Shown here piece after piece: positions 59,470 to 64,000 of a stretch of 64,000 nt of DNA (the stretch's first letter is position 1; each line of letters opens with the position of its first letter). The notes under the pieces are model-generated. The model was not told the origin of the DNA. It worked only from the letters and a program-made list of their open reading frames with translations, and made no database searches. Position numbers and translations under genes: made by a program. Source of the stretch: Cyanophora paradoxa CCMP329 (Eukaryota > Plantae > Glaucophyta); the NCBI GenBank assembly GCA_004431415.1, contig QPMI01000116.1, positions 1 to 64,000 on the forward strand, in the 5' to 3' direction.

Positions 59470-61521
59470 CTAAAAAAGCGGCGCGAAAATCGATATCGGC
59501 GCCCTGCGTGCTTCGTATGCGGCCCCGCCCGTTCGCCTCAGAAAGGGGCGGTACGCCCCCTTCTTCGTGTAGCGTCGCGGCCGGGGCCCATCGAAGAGAG
59601 CTAGCTCACGGCCCGGATGCTGCGAGGGCGGCCAGTGGCCCACGGTGAGCACGGGACATATACAATTGCAAACCTTGAAGCTGGAGGCGGGGCGCTTCCT
59701 CACCGTCTCTCTCCGGGGTGCTCCGGAAATGTGCAAGATACGAAAGGGGATCCGGGGGACCCGGAAGTGAGCTGCTGATGTCGTGATCTGTCCCCGCAGT
59801 CGGAATGTCTGGAGCCCAAATAAATCAGCCGAAATCGATCGAGACGAAGAGCACCAGATCTTTGATTTGAGCGAAAGGAATATCATGCACCAGGATGGGG
59901 GAGAACGATGTCAGGCGGACGCTGAAATGCTTGCGGCAGCGGCTGCAACGTCGACGTCTGACCGTGAAGCGCTGAAATCGCTGACGCAGTCGCCGCAGCC
60001 GATGCAACGGGCGCTGCCGCTGCGGCTGCAGGCGCCGCCGCAGCCGACGGAAGCGGAGCGCTCGAGCTCTGGCCAGCGTCCGGCCCCGCCGCTTGGGTCT
60101 TCTTCTTCTGGTCCGCCAGGGCCCGTGACCCCGTCATAGCGACAAGCGCGTAGTGGCTGCAGAAGACCCGCGTCTCCTTGGCGGGGGTCTCGCCGACGAC
60201 GACGAGCCGGAACCGCCTCTTGGGATAGTTGAACCTGACGCGGAAGTCGAACGTGGCGACGCCATCCCCGGAGATGTCGATGCTCTGCGAGTTCCGAGGT
60301 GTCAGACCAAATGTAAATGTAGGACTAGGTCGGCAAGCTTAAGCAGCGAAAGGCGGCATGGCGGAGAGGCGGAGCGGCGAACCTCCACCGCATCCGCTGG
60401 CGACTCTTCGCCCTCCAAAGGCTTCGGCGACTTCGGAACGAAGGCGTCGCCCCGCATGTACGCACGGGAAAGCCCCCCCGGGACCGGCTCCAACTTGAAA
60501 AGATTGCCGACCTGATCTGAACGAACGCGCGCGCGCGCGTTAGAATATACACGCTTCAGCAATCGCCAAGATTGAAGCAAAACGCACTTTGCCATGCGGC
60601 GAGGAGGAACGCAGATTTAATGGGCTCGCCGAAGTTGTACTGCCCGCGCAGCACTTGAGCCAGCTTTTTACAGCTGGGCTTGGAGCCCTCGACCTCCAGC
60701 TGCAGTGCTCCGCCGAGCGCGGCGTACGGGGAAAGCTGCTGCAGCCGTAGAGGCCTAGACGAGGAGCTGGAGCTGGATTGCGATTGAGAGCTTGACTGGG
60801 CGGGAGCGGAGCTGGCGCCGGGGCTCGAGCTGGCTATGGACTCTGTTCCCGACGCGACGGCGATGAACAGACGGAAAGAATCTACGTCGACGTTAACGTT
60901 GGGATTCGGAGCTGCAAGATGCCTCCTTAAAGCATCGCTCGCGTAGGAGATCACTGCCTCGAGGTTGAACGGCAGACGCTGCGGCTGTCCGGACTCCGCG
61001 GCCACGTCCGCGGCCGGCGGGCTTCCGCTCCCCTCGCGGGGCGACGAGGCCGGCGTCCCCGAAGCGGAGGAGCCGCCGGCGCCTGGAGAAGAGATGAGAT
61101 CTAGAGCTGTGACGTCACGGGAGCCCAGATCTAGAAACCGTGGCGGACCTTGCGAGCCCGCGCCTCCAGAAGGCGCAGGTGGAGATTCTGCATTACTCAC
61201 ATTGATGTGCACGGGCAAAGGTGCGCCTGCGGTCTCGTCATACGGCGCGGCAGGGTTTGCGCGCAAAGCTTGCCGACCTGTCAAAAGCGGATTGGCCTCG
61301 GGCGACTCGGCAGCGCCGCGAACCGGCTCGGAGGACGATTCTGAGCGAGATGCTCGTGAGGTCCCGGCGCCCGGGGGCGCGCGGCGAGTCGGGAGCGTAC
61401 GGCCGGGCGCGGCGAAAAGCGCACCAGCATCCGAGGCCTCCCTGAGACGTGCTCGCTTGAGCGTCCGCTCAGACGCGCTCCCTGAGGCTTCGTCGCCCGA
61501 AAACTGAGCCGATCGCTGCAT
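59470..61521 (-). CDS. Hypothetical protein, possible Ig-fold DNA-binding domain
   Basis: 321-codon first ORF plus spliced exons VGNLFKLEPVPGG... and SIDISGDGVATFDFRVRFNYPKRRFRLVVVGE...ALVAMTGSRALADQKKK; 3' end uncertain. Confidence 0.6.
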
Positions 61522-61847
61522 CGCAGTCTCGACCGAAATCTACACCGAAACTTGCGTGTGCTCGTATCCCGGGTCCCCGCGTGAGCGCGTGGCGCTCCGC
61601 CGCTCCAGCACGCGTACTCATGCACGCCTCTCGCGGACGGCACGACGGGCACTGCTGCTGGCTCGCGCGCGAATGAGCGGATGGCGCGCGGCGGTCCGTA
61701 GAAGTCCGCCGGTGGCTAGCGCTGATATACACTGTTCCGCATTTCGAGGCCTGCGAGATCGGCCTGCATGCAGCTGGTCAGCGGCCGGGCTGGTCAAGCG
61801 CGTTTGCACTCTGTACCCCTCACTCGCCAGCGCGGCTCCGTCCAGCG

Positions 61848-64000
61848 ATGTCGGCGCAGAGCCCGCTGCTCTGCGTCTTCATCTGGGAGGATCCGCCGCC
61901 ACCGGGACAGCCGCCGCCCCCTCCGCCGGCGCAGGTTCCCGTCGAGGTCGGCCCGCTTCGCTCTGCGGGTGCGCCGGAAGCCGCCCTGACCGCGTCTCGC
62001 GGCAGCCGCTGGATGAGCGCACATCCTTCAAGGAGCTGAAGGCGGTTGGAAGCGCCGAAGTCCGGGGCGCGCGCCGCTACACTCGCCACGTTTTGAAGAA
62101 CGCACTGCAGCTGATGGGGTGCAAGCCCCAGCACTCGCACTACATCACAGGTGAGCTCGTCACCGTCCGCTAGCTTCTTCTGCGTCTCTGAGCGCGCATA
62201 CGTGCTTCCCGGCGGCCGCAGAGGCCGTCTTCGATGCGCTGACCGAGGAAGGCTCTAGGCGCGGAACCCTGAGGGGCGGGTCCGACGAGACGTTCTGCGC
62301 GTGCACGACGCGGGCGCAGTTCCTGCACGTCGTGCAGGCCGCTCTGGCGAGGCAAGCCGGCGATCCGCCCGCCCGCCCGCCCGCCCGCCGCGCCGCGCCC
62401 AGTCCGTGACGGAAGGGGCGCAGGCACCAGTACGTCAAGCCGAGGCACCTGCAGGACTTTGTGATCGCGTGTGACATCAAGGAGCGCAAGCGCTCCTTCG
62501 TTCTCCTCTTCGGCGGCACGTCCGGCTGCGGCAAGTCCACCCTCGCCTCGCTGCTCGCCTCCCGGTGCGCGGGAAAGAGCGCCCGCTTTCCTTTCCGCCA
62601 GCGCGCCGCTGTTTACGACGCCGCGCGGCTCGGCTCCAGGCTCGGCGTGACGACCGTGCTCTCCACGGATTCGATCCGCCACATGCTGCGAAACTTCATT
62701 ACGCAGGCGCGCCGGCCGGCCCTTGCCGTCGCTCTTTCTTTCCCGCCCGCACTCCCCGCGGCTTAATCTGCGGTAGGAGGAGGCGCCGATCCTGTACGCC
62801 TCCACGTACGACGCGGCCGAGGCGCTGCAGGGCTCCGAGCTCGACGGAATGACGCCGAAGAAGCGGGTGCGGGGGGGCCGCGGGCGTCGCCCGGGCCCGC
62901 TCGGCTCACCCGGGTTGGACGCAGCTGCTGTCGGGGTACAAGGCGCAGAACGAGATGGTGTTCAGGTGAGCGGAGACGCGGCGGGGCCTTCGTTCTCCCG
63001 CCCGCTTCCCCCGTCCCCGCCCGCCCCGCCCCCCTAACCTTGTACCCCCCCTCTCAGCAAGCTGGCGGCGCTGATCGACGCGTGCGAGCGCCGCAACGAG
63101 TCAGTCATCATCGAGGGGGTGCGCCTCGGATCGGATCTGACCTGATCTATCTCGGTGATTTCAATGTGAATTTGATCGGAAGGTGCACTGCTCGGTCGAG
63201 CTGGTGGTGGAGCTGATGCGGCGGTACCCCAACTGCATCCCCTTCATCGTCTTCATCTCCAACGAGGCGCGCGCGCCCGTACCCCCCATCCCGTCCCCTT
63301 TCTCCCCCACCCGCCAACCCTTCTTCCCCCCCCCCCTCCCCGCCAACTTCGTTCGCAGAACAAGCACAAGGAGCGCTTCGCGGTCCGCTCGAAGTACATG
63401 ACGCTGGATCCCCGCCTCGTGCGCCCTTTCTAGATTCTAGATTAGCCTTGATTTGATTCTAGATGCGCCTTAGGTTCTAGATCAGCCTAACCCGCCTCGT
63501 GCGCTCCGCCTCGATTAGGCTCTAGACGCGCCTTCGATTCTAGGTTAGGCTAACCTGGAGCCAGAGAGAGACTAGCCTCGCCCGGGCCCTCCTCCCCACG
63601 CCAGCCGGCCCGGGCCGCCTCTGCCCGGCCGCGCGCCTAGAGCCTAGCCAGAGCCTCGTTTGCCCCGCCTGGCCCCGCCCGGGCCCTCCTCCCTGCGCCG
63701 AGCGAGGACGGCCAGTCGGGCCGTCTCTGCCCCGCCGCGCGCCTTAAAGAGTCCAGCCTATCCAAGCCCAGCCAGAGAGAGACTAGCCCCGGTGCTCTGC
63801 CTGCCCGTCTCTGCCTAGCCAAACTTCGCCTAGAATCGCCTAGCCAAGCTTCGCCTAGCCCGGACGCTCTGCCGCGCCCCCCCGCCGACGCCCCCCTCGC
63901 CCCCGGCCGCAGAACAAGTACGCGAAGCACTTCTCGAACATCCGGACCATCCAGAAGTACCTCTGCAAGCAGGCCGACCGCTTCCTCGTGCGCCCCCGCC
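61848..64000 (+). CDS. LPA1: LPA1-like P-loop NTPase (2-phosphoglycerate kinase related); runs off the window
   Basis: [124 protein letters not shown]. Confidence 0.92.

Noticed and set aside
39141-61848. Both divergent gene pairs (Miro/Trx and hypothetical/LPA1) have start codons 327 bp apart
   Set aside because: No shared sequence noticed between the two spacers and the starts are inferred; probably coincidence.
51200-64000. OCA1/SIW14-family phosphatase and LPA1 as an inositol-phosphate gene cluster
   Set aside because: 10 kb apart with unrelated genes and TEs between them; no evidence beyond a thematic link.
1-64000. tRNA, rRNA, snRNA, telomeric repeats, autonomous transposase or RT genes
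   Set aside because: None recognised by eye; covariance-model and HMM searches were not possible, so small RNAs could have been missed.

Overview
Eukaryotic, very GC-rich, intron-dense nuclear DNA, probably from an alga or protist. The LPA1, DIVARICATA-type SHAQKYF MYB and PH/PRD-dynamin content and the GTGCGC...CGCAG intron style suggest an archaeplastid such as a glaucophyte, but this is tentative. Most ORFs in the supplied track are spurious GC-rich frames, so genes were assembled by hand across introns and boundaries are approximate. Recognisable genes: the 3' part of a dynamin (middle-PH-GED-PRD), a SHAQKYF MYB factor, RAD18, Miro GTPase, a thioredoxin-fold protein, a polyQ GLTSCR1/BICRA-domain protein, a Rubisco-LSMT-type SET protein, an OCA1/SIW14-family phosphatase and an LPA1 (2-phosphoglycerate-kinase-like) NTPase. 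Unrecognised genes: a ~9 kb gene for a giant secreted Cys-rich repeat protein, a second Cys/Asn-rich protein, a coiled-coil protein and a possible Ig-fold DNA-binding protein. Non-coding structure includes four hAT-type MITEs with perfect 8-bp TSDs (one with its empty site adjacent), further MITEs, a duplicated dynamin 3' end fused behind a TM-Cys ORF, and two inverted copies of a 40-bp-minisatellite element. The most unusual signals are (i) introns containing multiple 'echo' copies of their own exon/donor junction, (ii) microsatellites built from self-complementary units, possibly hAT excision or hairpin-repair footprints, (iii) many GC-AG introns, and (iv) the giant secreted protein with an apparently unrecognised repeat domain.
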